A stretch of DNA of 64,000 nt from Octopus bimaculoides (taxonomy: Eukaryota), in contig NC_068989.1 in the NCBI RefSeq assembly GCF_001194135.2, positions 19,326,468 through 19,390,467 of the forward strand, in the 5' to 3' direction. The translations under genes were made by a program, and so were the position numbers. Below are positions 1 through 13,385 of this stretch, piece by piece. How positions within the stretch are numbered: the stretch's first letter is position 1; every line of letters begins with the position of its first letter. The notes beneath the pieces were generated by a model. It saw only the letters and a list, made by a program, of their open reading frames with translations. It did no database searches and was not told where the DNA came from.

Positions 1-426
1 CACCATCACTACTACCGTTCTCACCACCACCACCACCATCACCATCACTACTACCACTCTCACCATCACCACCACCACCACCACCATCACCATCACTATC
101 TCCAGCACCACCACCATCACCATCACTATCTCCAGTACCACCACCATCACCATCACTACTACCATTCTCACCACCACCACCACCATCACCATCACTATCT
201 CCAGCACCACCATCACCATCACTACTACCACTCTCACCATCACCACCACCACCACCACCATCATCACCATCACTATCTCCAGCACCACCATCACCATCAC
301 TACTACCATTCTCACCACCACCACCACCATCACCATCACTATCTCCAGCACCACCATCACCATCACTACTACCACTCTCACCACCACCACCACCATCATC
401 ATCACCATGACCATTGCCACCACCTG
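1..426. repeat. CAC/CAT-based compound minisatellite with higher-order units
   Basis: Blocks CACCATCACTACTACCA(T/C)TCTC and CACCATCACTATCTCCAGCAC alternate, separated by (CAC)n. Confidence 0.9.
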
Positions 427-1009
427 AGTTGGTGATGATAATGATGATTTGTTATTGTTCCTTGGTTAACTCCTACTCCAACAGACTTTTATTGAAAGGC
501 ATTCCAACCATGACCATCCTATATTTTTTTTTTGGCAGGGGACATTGTCTCTAGGACTCCATTATCTAAAGTGTACTTCATTTTATTTTTTTTCAATATG
601 GTATGGCTATGAGATGAGGACTATTTGGCTGCTGTTTCTAGCAGATCAAGCAACTACATAGAGGCTGATCAAATTAGGAGTGAAAGGAGGAGCACTGATT
701 GGGAGAGTGGTAGTGGTGGTGGTGAAGGTTGTAGTGTGTATGATGATGTTAATGAGTTTGGTTTATTTTAGGTGTGGCTTTGTGGTAAGAAGTTTGCTTC
801 CCAGCCATATGTTTCTGGGTTCAGTCCCTCTGTGTGGCACCTTGGATAAGTATCTTGTACAGGAGCCCCAGGCTGACCAGTCTTGTGAGTGGATTTGGTA
901 AACGAAACTGAAAGAAGCCATCCTGTCTGTGTGTGTGTGTGTACCTTTGTGCTTGTCCCCCATTATCGTTTGACGACTAGTGTTGGTTTGTTTATGTCCC
1001 TGTAGTAGC

Positions 1010-1700
1010 TCAGCTAAAAGAAACCAATAGAATAAGTTTAGAAGTGAAACAAATACTGGGGTTAATTTGACTAAACCATCCGAGAAGGCAGTGCTTCAGC
1101 TTGGCCACAGTCCAATGACTGAAAGAAGTAGAAGATAAATATTTACTGTATCTGAAAGAATTGGCAATTTGCATGGCTTTCACTCCAAGACTGATGAGAT
1201 TTGTGGCTGTGAATGTTCCTCTTAAGTTGATGCAAATCAACACCTGCCAGAAAGACACAAGCAGAGAGGAGATTCCAGATGGATGACTTTCTGGGGAGAA
1301 AGGACTGATCATATTGGTTAATGCAGAACCTAAGGCATTAGATACTGGAAGGGTAATGAGGGGAGGGAAGGAGAAGGGAGACAAGTAAGCTGCGAGTGTC
1401 CAAGTAGAGGTGGCATGAGATTAGTCCGATCTGAGGAATAGAGGCCATTGTAGTTGAAACAGAAAAAGTAGAGGAGACAGCATACTTGTGGGCCAGAGGA
1501 TGGAGTGTGTCTGTAGGGGATTTTATGCCACTGGTTGGTCAAGTGACCTTTCACTCAATGCAAGATGCAGCCTAAGTTGTCTGTGTGTGCTGCAATGGCA
1601 GCATAGTCCCACATATGGCCTCCACCTTAGCCTTGTAGAATGTCGGTTATTGTTGGAGAAGGTTGAGTCTGGAGTTTCCTCTGTCTTTGAAAAGAAGAGC
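1010..1700 (-). mobile_element. Decayed CR1/L2-group LINE RT C-terminal fragment
   Basis: FYKAKV.., LAHK.AVSS and CLLYFFCFNYNGLYSSDRTNLMPP motifs. Confidence 0.6.
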
Positions 1701-2086
1701 CAATCTTTGGACAGTAATTCTTGTTCTTTTAAGGTGGTGGTGATGACGGTGGCGGCAGCGGCGGGGGCGGCTGCTGCTGCTGCTCTTGTTGTTGTTGTTA
1801 TTTTTGCATTGGTGTTGTTGATAAAAGTTTTAATGATGGTGGTGGCTTTTAAAAATCTTTTAATTACCTGATTCTTTTATTTTTAATATTTTCAGATTCA
1901 ATTAAATAATACTTTAATTAAATGGTTAGAAATATAATAGATAAATATAAGAGTAAGTAGATGGACAGACAAATTATCTATCAGAGAGATAGAATTATCT
2001 ATCTGAAAGAGAAATAAGAGGTGAGATTTAGTTAGGTATGTGAATTGCAGGGTGCATTGCTCCAGTCATACCCTGGGTCCTATTAA

Positions 2087-2704
2087 CCCTTTAGCATTTA
2101 ATCTGGCCATATCCAACCCAAATGTTGTACCTGTTTTATGTTAAAACTGACCAGATCCAGCCTCTTACAACTACCCTACAATGTCTTTCTATGTATGTAT
2201 TGGCACTCCGTCGCTTACGACGTCGAGGGTTCCAGTTGATCCGATCAACGGAACAGCCTGCTCGTGAAATTAACGTGCAAGTGGCTGAGCACTCCACAGA
2301 CACATGTACCCTTAACGTAGTTCTCGGGGATATTCAGCGTGACACAGTGTGACAAGGCTGACCCTTTGAATTACAGGCACAACAGAAACAGGAAGTAAGA
2401 GTGAGAGAAAGTTGTGGTGAAAGAGTACAGCAGGGTTTGCCACCATCCCCTGCCGGAGACTCGTGAGCTTTAGGTGTTTTCACTCAATAAACACTCACAA
2501 CGCCCAGTCTGGGAATCGAAACCGCGATCCTATGACAGCGAGTCCACTGCCCTAACCACTGGGCCATTGCGCCACAAATGTCTTTCTAAAAGTATACAAA
2601 CACACCATTGAAGCCTTGAAGCTACAAAATATTACATGGTTAATTCAAAACAATGTTATTAAATATGTGATGCTTTTGACAAAGAAATCTGAATGGCTAA
2701 AGGG
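2087..2704. mobile_element. TTAA-flanked piggyBac-like MITE interrupted by a SINE
   Basis: TTAA|CCCTTTAGCATT ... AATGGCTAAAGGG|TTAA. Related copies lie at 6538-6955, 22011-22231 and 56949-57156, with partial copies near 9170, 29920, 36820 and 40770. Confidence 0.8.
2192..2576 (-). mobile_element. Full-length tRNA-derived SINE, family A (resembles octopus OR-type)
   Basis: tRNA-like head with A and B boxes on the minus strand; 12-bp TSD AATGTCTTTCTA at 2180-91 and 2577-88; near-identical to 32164-32549. Confidence 0.85.
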
Positions 2705-2992
2705 TTAAACCTAATAAGAAGGTTGAAAGACTGAATGTGGTGTGGTAATTGGTGATCAAGGCCCAGGAAAGTATCAAGTTTTGTTTAGGTGTTCAACTGC
2801 TTACTTAACCATTGTTACTTATTCTAGAGAAAGAATGGGGTCAAAAACAAAAACAAAACAAGGCAAAAAAACAGATTAATACCAATTTTCAAACTTCATA
2901 AATTAAAGGTTAATGTCAGCTATGAACTAACCTCCCTCTATGTTGGGCCCATTTTCCCTCTAAACAGCTGTCACCAACCATGTCATAAATTT

Positions 2993-2994
<2 letters not shown>

Positions 2995-3037
<43 letters not shown>

Positions 3038-3180
3038 GAGTGGTGGTGGTGGTGGTGGTGGTGGCAGTGGCAGTAGTAGTAGTAGTAGTGGTGGTGGTGG
3101 CAGTAGTAGTAGTAGTAGAAGTGGTGGCAGTAGTAATAGTAGTAGTAGTAGTAGTAGTAGTAGTAGCAGCAGCAGCAGCA
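2995..3180. repeat. Compound (AGT)n/(GGT)n/(AGC)n microsatellite
   Basis: Direct reading; it explains the poly-Thr and poly-Leu ORFs. Confidence 0.95.
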
Positions 3181-6100
3181 GAAGGCAGTACATTTGCTGG
3201 GGGGTGGGGTTGACCATCTTCACTTTTCTTGTATATCAAAGATTTCATTGTCTAATAAACCTATATTTTATAAGATTTTTAATGATTAATTTAAAGGAGG
3301 TTTAGCTGCTATTATTTCTAGCAAGCTGGTGGTGGTGAGCTGGCAGCATTGTGAGCACAGTGGAACGAGTGTGTAGTGGTGTTTCTACTGGCTCTTTATA
3401 TTCTGAGCTCAAATCTTACCAAGGCCAATTTGGGATTGTTAAAACAAAGTACCAGTCTAGTAATGTGACTGAAGTAGTTGATTGAGCTCCATTCATTAAC
3501 ATTGCTGGCCTCAGTTGTACCTTATCTTGAAAATAACATCTGTAAATTCTCCTCCAAGGATTTCCTATAAGGCCTATATTAAAACATAGGCCTTAATAGG
3601 GTAAAAACAAATTTTTTAAATGCCAGAATATGATTAAAACTAGGTGGTAGGTATCAAATGTTTTAATTAATTATTCTCAGGTTTCTTCTCTTAGAAAATC
3701 CATATTTCGGGTCTTTCCTCATCTGAATAAGTCATTAAATATAAAAAAATTCAAAAAGTAATCAAGAATTTCCTTTAAAATCATCCTTCTAATTAACTAC
3801 AAACTTTCAAAGGTCGTTAACATGGAAATTAGCTTGTTTTTCTCTGATTCCATAAATTTTCTGCTTCTTGGACAAAGTACTCTAATGCTTGGTTTGTTTT
3901 GCAGGATTGTCATGGCATTATTCTTAACATGTTTTAGTAAATCTAGTGGTCTTTGAATTCTTCCCCACTTAGTTCTTCTCTCTCGGTTAATAAGTTTGGT
4001 GGTTGTTATGTCCTCTCCACTCCTCCACTAGGAGATTTGAGCCATGCATTACATTTAGAACGTGTGTGACCTAGTGGTTAAAGAGTCGCACTCATGATAG
4101 CAATATCAGGGTTTCAATTCCAGCATTGGATGGTGCATTTCATTTCACATTACTCCACTCAGTAGGCAGTTTCAGATTTGGATGTGGGTGAGATTTCGCC
4201 TTTGGTTGAGCAAGAACATCTTGTGCTCCACTCAGCTGTAAATGAGTAATCATGCAATGGCCTGGCATCCCATTCATGTTGTGATCTCAGTCACTTACGC
4301 ACTATGGAAACCTGTTTACTGACCTTATGCGTCCTAAGACTCAAGGCATACTTTACATTAAAAGCTAACTACACACTCATCAATTATACACTACTTGCTG
4401 GCCCCATGCCATCAAAAATGACGGCTAATTGTAGTATTTTATATATAAATATGGATGGTACATCCACATACATTCACATATTTCCCTTGTACACGTACAC
4501 ACGTGCACACATATACTCACAGAGTTGAAACACTGTTTGATTTTTCTTTTCAGCGTTGAATGTTCACCATCACTCTACCAAGTTTGCTATAACCCCTTCC
4601 TTATTCATCTATCACCCTTTCCTTTCTCATTCATCTATCACCCCTTCCTTTCTCATTCATATGTTGTGATGGGAAAAAACACAAGAATACTATTATAGTA
4701 GATTCTTGTTTAAGGTAAGGCTGTGAGCTGGTAGAATCATTAGCATGCTGTGCAAAATGCTTAGCAGTACTTCATTCATCTTTATATTCTGAGTTCAAAT
4801 TCCACCAAGGTTGACTTTGCGCTTCATTCTTCCAGGCTCAATAAAAGAAGTACCAGTTGAGCATCGGGGTCGACGTAATCAACTTAACTACTCCTGGGAA
4901 AGAGTATAAAAACTGCACCCCTCTGCCAAGCCATGTCGAGCCAGTGTGACAGAATAAGCTCATCAAACCAATATGATTTTGAGCTTAAATATATGGCTTC
5001 CATATCAGGCCATGGTTGGTGGAGAGAACATGCTAAGGCTTTTGTCCTGTTGTGCACTGAACGGAGGCAATCCAATCCAAACTCTTTGTTTAAGGTAATC
5101 TGCTGTACCTACCTAGCATACCTATTACAGGTAGGTGGATCTAGCCATCTGGAATCATGTACTTTTTCCAGTAAAAAATTAAACTAAAAAACTACTGTAT
5201 GCAAAGAGTACAAATTGTCATGGTAACCTTCAGTTGCCAGAGCCAACACACTAATTCTTTGGTTAGGTAGATAAAGTAATCAGTTTTACAAAATGAGAAG
5301 TCATAGATTTGTATCCAATCACTGGCATTGTACTATATCCTTCTACCTCTACCTTATTCATTATGTTTTGTTTTGGTATAGATGGTCTTTCATAGATTTA
5401 GCAATGAGTTTCATGGCTTCCCAGCTGAACTGAAACTTTTTAGATAAGAATAAACCACCTTAGTTCAAAAATGATTAAGTTCCACAATCCCCTACCACCA
5501 CCACCACCACCACCACCACAACCACTACCACCACCACCTTAGCCATACTACAATGTATTGTTATTCTGTTGTTTTAGCTAGTTTTGTTTTTTATAAACTG
5601 ATGTAAGGAGTTAAATTTTGACCCAATGTAAAAAAAAAGGTAACAGAGGATGAACATTAATCATTATTCAATGTCCTTTCTAAAAGTCTAGTAGTGTAGG
5701 TAAGGAACAGTACTATCAGCCCCTTTATTTATTTAGGGTTTCCAAAAGAAAACTATCTAATCCACAAAAATAACAGTCTCTTCTATATCTCACCTGTCAC
5801 AAATGATTGAACAAACCTGATATAATGGTCACATTTTCCTTCCATAACTCACCTGTCACAGGTGACAATCTTTTTCATAAAACAGTTGTTTATGGTGTAT
5901 CAACTGACTCATCCAAATGTGATAATGGATCTTTTCCACATTTCTTGCATTGACTGGTAAATAACCTGTGAACAGTTTAGGGACATTCTCTTATAGCAGT
6001 ATTTACCTTATTTCCAGGTGAAACTAAGGTTATTTTCTTCCACCTGTAAATATTTTTATTGTCCTTTTTACAAGCTACTGTTCCTGTAAAGCTGGTTCTG

Positions 6101-6537
6101 TAGTTGGCAGTGACACACAGTATCCATTCAATCCCATCTTTCACAAACAATGCTTCTTGTAAGTGTTGATCTTAGCCTTATACTGTTTGTAACATAGATG
6201 CAGACAACACTTAGGAGACAAATATTAGTTTCTTGTAGGTTGTGTGTATATGCGTGCATCCACAGATACATGTGCACACACACACACACACACGCACACG
6301 CGCGCGCTTACTCTCTCTCTTTCTCTCTTCACTTTTATTACTATAAACTACCAAATCAATTTCCCAATTTCAGGTTGTTCTATACAATCATATCTCTGTC
6401 TTTTTCACCTTCTGCCAGACAAATGGCTAAGGAGATGAGGTCTAGAGCATTGCACAAGACACAGAACCACACCAATGATGGTTCTTTAGCTGTACTATCA
6501 TTCATTCAGCCACTATAACTCACCATAGAAGTATTAA

Positions 6538-6955
6538 CTGTTTAGCATTCAAACAGGCCACATCCAGCCAAGATATCTTATATGCTTTATGCTCAAACCC
6601 ACCAGATCAGGCTCCTTGCACCTAGCCTACAATGTCACAGTGTGACAAGGCTGGCCCTTTGAATTACAGGCACAAAAGAAACAGGAAGTAAGAGTGAGAG
6701 AAAGTTGTGGTGAAAGAGTACAGCAGGGTTCGCCACCATCCCCTGCCGGAGCCTCGTGGAGCTTTAGGTGTTTTCGCTCAATAAACACTCACAACGCCTG
6801 GTCTTGGAATCGAAACTACGATCCTATGACCGCGAGTCCGCTGCCCTAACCACTGGGCCATTGCGCTTCCACACTATGAGATAATGTATGATTAGTTCTG
6901 AACAATGTGAATAAACAAGCATTATATTTGTCAGAGGAATCTGAATGCTAAGGGG
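6538..6955. mobile_element. piggyBac-like MITE copy interrupted by a SINE fragment
   Basis: TTAA|CTGTTTAGCATTC ... GAATGCTAAGGGG|TTAA. Confidence 0.7.
6636..6868 (-). mobile_element. SINE family A, 3'-truncated
   Basis: High identity to 2340-2575. Confidence 0.85.
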
Positions 6956-7699
6956 TTAATAGGAAAGAATTTATTTTTTAGGTTGTTATATGAAGCTAAA
7001 TATTATCCTCTTTGATGAGAGATGCATTTCCTATTCATTAAAATACTGCGTTTAGTTATCCTCTGACTAATCATGAGCCACCGAATTGAATGTCAAAGTA
7101 TGAACCCATGTCAGCCTCACGTGGTATAGTTGTGTGGTAAAGAAATTCACTTTAACATTATGTAGTTTTAGGTTCAATGCCATTGAATGGCACCTTGGGC
7201 AAGTACCTTCTACAAAAGTCTTGCATTCAGTAATACCTAGTGATAACTCATTGTATGTGTGTGTGTATACACACACACACACACCATCATCATCATCACC
7301 ACCACCGCCACCACCACCACCATCATCGTTGTCATCATCATCATCATCATGTAACATCCTTTTTCCATGCTGGCTTGAGTTGGGTGGTTTGACAGGGGCT
7401 GGTGAGGCAGAAGACTGCACCCGGCTTCACTGTCTGTTTTGGCAGGGTTTTTACAACTGGATGCTTTCCTAACACCAACCATACACACATACATTGATTG
7501 ATTGATTGAGTTGTACATAAAAGAATAGGGATTTTGAATCAGGTCAGATACGTTACAAGTACTCTAATATAATCCAGGTTCTGGCTAACCACATTGAATG
7601 ATATAGAACAACAGGAAATTGTTTTAAGATAAACAATTATGCAGTATTTCATGCAGTGGATAAATCCTGAGTTCACTTCCTTAGATTTTATACAGTATA

Positions 7700-7873
7700 C
7701 AGGGTGTATATTCAAGACATTAAAAATAAGAATGGAGAATTATACATCCTCAAAAACTTGTTTAGTACAGTATTATATACACTACATCTAAAGTAAATGT
7801 ATTGTATATAATACTGTAATAAACAAATTTTTGAGAACGTATAATTCTCCATTCATATTTTTGATATATTCAG

Positions 7874-7876
<3 letters not shown>
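7700..7876. mobile_element. Tc1/mariner-type MITE
   Basis: Starts TA|CAGGGTG. Inverted arms AATGGAGAATTATACATCCTCAAAAACTTGTTTA and TAAACAAATTTTTGAGAACGTATAATTCTCCATT. Confidence 0.6.
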
Positions 7877-7914
<38 letters not shown>

Positions 7915-7915
<1 letters not shown>

Positions 7916-9151
7916 AGGGTGTCCTAAGAAAGATTTACCCATTCATATTTCTTAATTATTCAAAATAAGCTTATGTAGGATAATGAAATTTAGCACACAC
8001 ATTCTAATGTAAATTGTCAATCCGTTACAGTAAATACATTTCAAAATGACTACCTTTCACCTTGATCATAGCCTGCAAAAGAGTGGTCACTGAGTTACAT
8101 GAGCGCCATACCACCACATCTTCATCCAACTTGACCTATGAAGACAGAAGGGCTTTCTTCAGATTTGAATAGGAGCAAGCAGAAATATTACTCCTCTAAG
8201 ATGGACCAGATAGCAAAGTCCATGAGATTAATGTCTGGACTTGAGGAAGGCCATATTGTCTTGTCCCAAAAACCACTGAAATGCTCTTTGCACCATCTCT
8301 GTGTCAAATTGGATGTGTGGTCCAGTATCCTGTCTTGAGTGAAGATGTAACAGTCGCCAAAGGTTTCTGTGACTCAGATTAACAGTTTCTCATTCCGCAT
8401 TTCCACATAAATTTAACTGTTGACCTTGATGCCAGCACTGATGAAGATCAAGGGAGACTTGAACCCATCAGAGGCAGCCCACACCATTAGTGAAGTTGGC
8501 TTCTGATGATCTCCTGCACTATGTGCATAAAGCCTATCATCTTGCCTGTTGGTAACTGTGTCCATGGTGAAGATCTTGTTGGACTAGATCAACAGTTCGC
8601 AGCATGCTTCATCTCAGCTAACATTGTTTTACTCCTGTTGAATCATTTCTTCTTGGAAGCTACTGAAATTAACTGCCAGAGTTGCAGTTAGCTTTAAATC
8701 TTCTTTTAAAATCCTATGCATTGATGATTCCAAATTATCAAGGGCTTTTGCAGTTTTTCTTGCACTCTTGCAAGGGTTTCAGTTCATTCACTTCTTCACA
8801 GATTCAACAGTCTGTTTGGTATGAATTGATCATTTCCTATCGAGAATTGGCTTACTAGTGGTAGTAGAGAACTCCTTATATCATTTCCAGGTATTGAACA
8901 GTTTTACAACACTTATTCAACTGTTTTGTTATGTCTTTGTTGCTCATTCCAGTTGTTTTCAAAATGACAATCTGGTCATGTTTTGCTTTTGCTGCCATGT
9001 TTCTTTGCAAACCTGTTATAGACGAATGAAACAATAGACACATGAACAAATGACATATGCAAATCTTTATGTAAAATGTAGATAATATTACCTGAACCAA
9101 TATTTTTTAAGAAGAGTTTTTAACATGGGTAAATCTTTCTGGGATACCCTG
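7915..9151 (-). mobile_element. Full-length decayed Tc1/mariner-superfamily transposon of the DD37D (maT) type
   Basis: TIRs are CAGGGTGTCCTAAGAAAGATTTACCCAT and CAGGGTATCCCAGAAAGATTTACCCAT, with TA on both sides. The minus-strand frame TQD-(37 aa counted)-D ends in WPSSSPDINLMDFAIWSILE. Stops and frameshifts occur elsewhere. Confidence 0.9.
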
Positions 9152-10358
9152 TATATATATTATCAAGCTGTAGAATAATTGGGCTGGATATGGTCAGTTT
9201 AAATGCCAAAGGGTTAATAATAATGTCCTTTAGAATATTTAAGAATGCATTGAGTTACAAACACTCCCTTATTAATTTTGACATGAGATATACTGTAAAA
9301 CAGAGATTGGGCCTTTGGAGATCTGTAGCCAATGACATTCTTGCTCATAAATTACAAATATATGTTGACCCATTAAATGATCAGAGACATAATTTTTGAA
9401 CCAGGAACTATGAAAAGCAGATAAATTAATCTTGGCAGAATTTGAGCCCCAAAATTAAATGTTAGCTTAAAACTCATTAAGGCTTTTTATCTATGTAAAC
9501 AAGCTTACCTCTCAACTTACCTCTTCAATGGCCAATAGGAAGTAATACATTAATATATTTACCAAATGCTTCAGAATTATAGTTTTTATTGTTGCTGTAC
9601 TTGTTGTTCTTTGAAATTGCAGCTAACTGAATATTCATTGTTAAGTAGAAGATATTTGAAGAGAATCACTGCTGTCTCTGTGGACAAGTAAATTCTAATT
9701 AGTTAAAAAAAATACAATAATGGTTACTACTCTCTCTTCTTCTCTCTTTTATATTTCTACTCTTTCAGCGGAATGTTAACATTGTTTCTAGATTATTCTA
9801 ACTTATGCATTGATATTTCTTTGTGTTTGTGTGTGCTTTTTTTTTTTCATAAATATTTTTATTACATTGCAAGAAAAAAAGAAAGTTAAAATTAAACTTA
9901 AAAAATACAAGGCAGAAAACATCTGGCGCAATTTCTTGAAAGAAAGGAGATAGACAGACAGGCAGACAGACAGACAGATGGATGGATAGATAGATAGATA
10001 GAGAGACAGATAGACTGAAAAGAAAGAGACAGGCAGACTGAAAAGAAAGAGACAGACAGACAGACAGACAGAACAAAGATGGTAAAATGAGACTATTTCT
10101 ATAGTGGAACCTACTGCTGAGAATGCAATAGACTAAATGTTCAAAAACATCAGAAAGGACCATTTCATAAAAGCTGAGAATGGTACTGTTTTGGAATGGC
10201 AAAATGCCATATATGAAAATAAACGGCATTTCACTGTTGTGGCCTATATATATANNNNNNNNNNNNNNNNNNNNNNNNNNNNNNNNNNNNNNNNNNNNNN
10301 NNNNNNNNNNNNNNNNNNNNNNNNNNNNNNNNNNNNNNNNNNNNNNNNNNNNNNNNNN

Positions 10359-10397
<39 letters not shown>

Positions 10398-10994
10398 AAC
10401 GTGTGTGTGTTTCTGCTTTGCAAACAAAGAACAAGCATTTATTTTTTTTTTTTACTAAGAGAAGTTAAACACCAAAATTGTTGCTGTTATCATTATAACA
10501 TCTGTTAGTATGGGTTGTACAGGTTTGTAATACAGTAAATCCCCTTGTATCTTAATGAGGTATCATTCTCATCATTTTGATCTAATTACTATTTCAAACT
10601 TTTATTTTATTTTTCACTTATTTTAGTCATGCTGGGGCACCACCTTAGAGAGATTTAGTCGAATGAATCAACCCCATTACTTATTTTTTCAAGTCTGATA
10701 TTCATTTTAACAGTCTCTTTTTTCCAAATTGCTAAGTTAATGGAGCATTATCCAACACTGGTTGTCAAGCAGGAGGAGGGGGACAGGAAACACAAGCACA
10801 AAGACACACACACATATGGGCTTCCACACAATTTCTGTGTATCAAATTCACTCACAAGGCATTTGGTTGATTTTGGGCTATATTGTAGAATACATTTGCT
10901 CAAGGTTCTGTGCAGTGGAACTGAACCCAAACCCACATGGTTGCAAAGTGAACTGCTTAACCACACAGCCATGCCTCTTCCTCTACAGTCTTCC

Positions 10995-11230
10995 AATAAA
11001 CATATCTCATGTACTCATCTCGCCTACAAATTGCATCCAAAGAAAACCACTTGAATGATTGGCATAATGTCCCTCCCAGACATACTCCAGCCACTGGCTC
11101 ACCGATGTATCTGTCTCCTCCTTCTGCCTGTTCTCTTACTCTAACAATGCTTGCTCTGCTCCTTGAAGCTACTTCAACTCAGGACTCTTGGTTCACTGAT
11201 CTCTTTCTCTCTATCCATGTTATGTCTAAA
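10995..11230 (+). mobile_element. Decayed CR1/L2-group LINE fragment
   Basis: IQRK..MIGIMSLPDILQPLAHRC. Confidence 0.6.
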
Positions 11231-11402
11231 CTAGGCATGGACAACCCTTTTTAAGAAGTGAGCTGCATAAGATATGACTCACCATCAGTTGGACTGCACT
11301 ACTAAAAACATTCAAAGTAATTTTTCATTAGGTGTGCCATTCAGAAAGCCCTAAGGTGGCATACAGTTTGCAAACCACAGTTTGATCATGAATGGTCTAA
11401 AT

Positions 11403-11727
11403 CAGGGGTTCTCGACCATTTCTTATCTATGGACCCCTTTTATTATCATCTTATTCTGGTGGACTCCCATAGCCATTCGATGTTTAAAAGTCACTTTTAT
11501 AGAAACGTCTTTCAAATTCCTATTTTGTTATTAACACATTAACTTGTACAGGTTGAGCTATGTAAAGTGCCAGAGAAAGAAACCTATCTGTCTCTTGCAA
11601 TCAAAATTTTTCATGGACCCTTGAAATATTAATGTAGATCCCCAATTTACTATTTTGCTAGCATGCACCCCCAAAAATCTTACATGGACTCCCCAGGGGT
11701 CATATGGATCCTGGTTGAGAACCACTG
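11403..11727. mobile_element. hAT-type MITE (325 bp)
   Basis: TIRs CAGGGGTTCTCGACCA and CAGTGGTTCTCAACCA; 8-bp flanks GTCTAAAT and GCTTAAAT (6 of 8 match). Confidence 0.8.
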
Positions 11728-13156
11728 GCTTAAATCCTTCAGGCCTGGTGCTACCTTATGTTCAGGATATTGTCCTGCTGGAATTCCCTCCCTGCATGTG
11801 CCTTTCCTGCAATTGTTAAACTTTCGACCATTTAAGTGGAACATTTACCACATTGCTCTCACAGATCTTGTTGAGCTTGTGAAGGTTATAAATACTGCTC
11901 CTTTCTCTAGTCCAAACTAATAAAAAGAGAAAATCAACCAATGTAACAGCCTCTATGTGGTTATTCAACTTGCTTGACATAGCAACCAAATCTATAAACC
12001 ACAGACAACCTTCTTGAAAAAGAAAGGAAATATTGGATAATTTATTCCTAGAAATGCAATGTCCAACAGAAAAACAACATGGTCATGGCTGGAATGCTTT
12101 TAATATTTAGTCCACTGAGGGCTATCCTTGGGGCAAATAACTGATATATTGATTTCAAATTTTGGTACAAGGCCTGCAATTTTGGGGAATGGGCTAAATC
12201 GATTACATCAACTCTAGCACTCAACTGGTGCTTTTTTTTATTGAACCCAAAAGGTTGAAAGGCAAAGTCAGCCTTGGCGGAATTTGAACTCAGAACATTA
12301 GGAGGTGTGAAATAACATTAAGCATTTTGCCCAGTGTGCTAACAATTCTGCCAGCTCGCCACCTTAACAATGTTGTTGTTTGTTCCTTCTCGAGCTGTGC
12401 CTGGCTCATAAGGGCTGGTTTCCCAGTTTCATTGGTCTATAGGTTCCCCATCTGGACGGGATGCTGATCTGGCACAGGTGAGCTGCTAAATGCAGGAAGA
12501 AAGGGTGAGAGAAAGTTGTGGCAAAAGAGTCAGCAGAAGTTAGCCATTACCTTCTGCTGGAGCCACGTGGAGCTTAGGCGTTTTGCTCATAAACACACAC
12601 ATTGCCCAGTCTTAGATTCGAACCCGCAATCCCTTGACCACAAGTCTGCTGCTCTAACCACCAGGTCATATGCCTCCACTCCACCTTAACAATAACTGAC
12701 ATATAAAAGTGAGAGACACAAGCTTGCTAAAAATATGAATAGAATATCTCTTTAAATCACACTTTACTGCATAAAAAAAAAAACAGCATTGGATACCATA
12801 ATTTTTGATACAGTATGCCTGAAAACAGGATGGGATAATCATGACTTGAATGTCTTTGAACATAGGTTTACTCAATCATACATATACACATACATACAGT
12901 TGCCACCACCACCACTACCACCATCATCATCATTTTTAATATCCATTTTTCTATGCTTGCATATGTAATTCAGAATTCAGTGAGGCACATTTTCTATGGC
13001 CAAACATGTTTACATGGAATGCTAGAAATGGAGAACACCACTCGTATGATGATGACGGCATTTCTTTACAACTATTCTACAATGTCAAAACATGGAAGTA
13101 TAAATACACACACACACACACACACACACACGCATGACTGGCTTCTTTCAGTTTCT

Positions 13157-13385
13157 TATTTTTTTATTGTCCACGAGGGGCTAAACATAGAGGAGACAAA
13201 CAAGGATAAAGGGATTAAGTTGATTACATCGACTCCAGTGCGTAACTGGTACTTATTTAATCGACCCCGAAAGGATGAAAGGCAAGGTCGACCTCGGCGG
13301 AATTTGAACTCAGAACGTAACAGCAGACAAAATACTGCGAAGCATTTTGCCCAGTGTGCTAACGTTTCTGCCAGCTCACCGCCTT
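13157..13385 (-). mobile_element. SINE family B nested in a family C copy
   Basis: Reverse complement of the 20946 copy (~85% by eye), with a 15-bp TSD CTTCTTTCAGTTTCT at 13142-56 and 13383-97. Confidence 0.85.

Noticed and set aside
5780-6050. Minus-strand mini-exons suggested by repeated CAG|GT
   Set aside because: The implied introns are only ~36-41 nt and the frames hit stops. The pattern is better explained by the repeated CAGGT motif.
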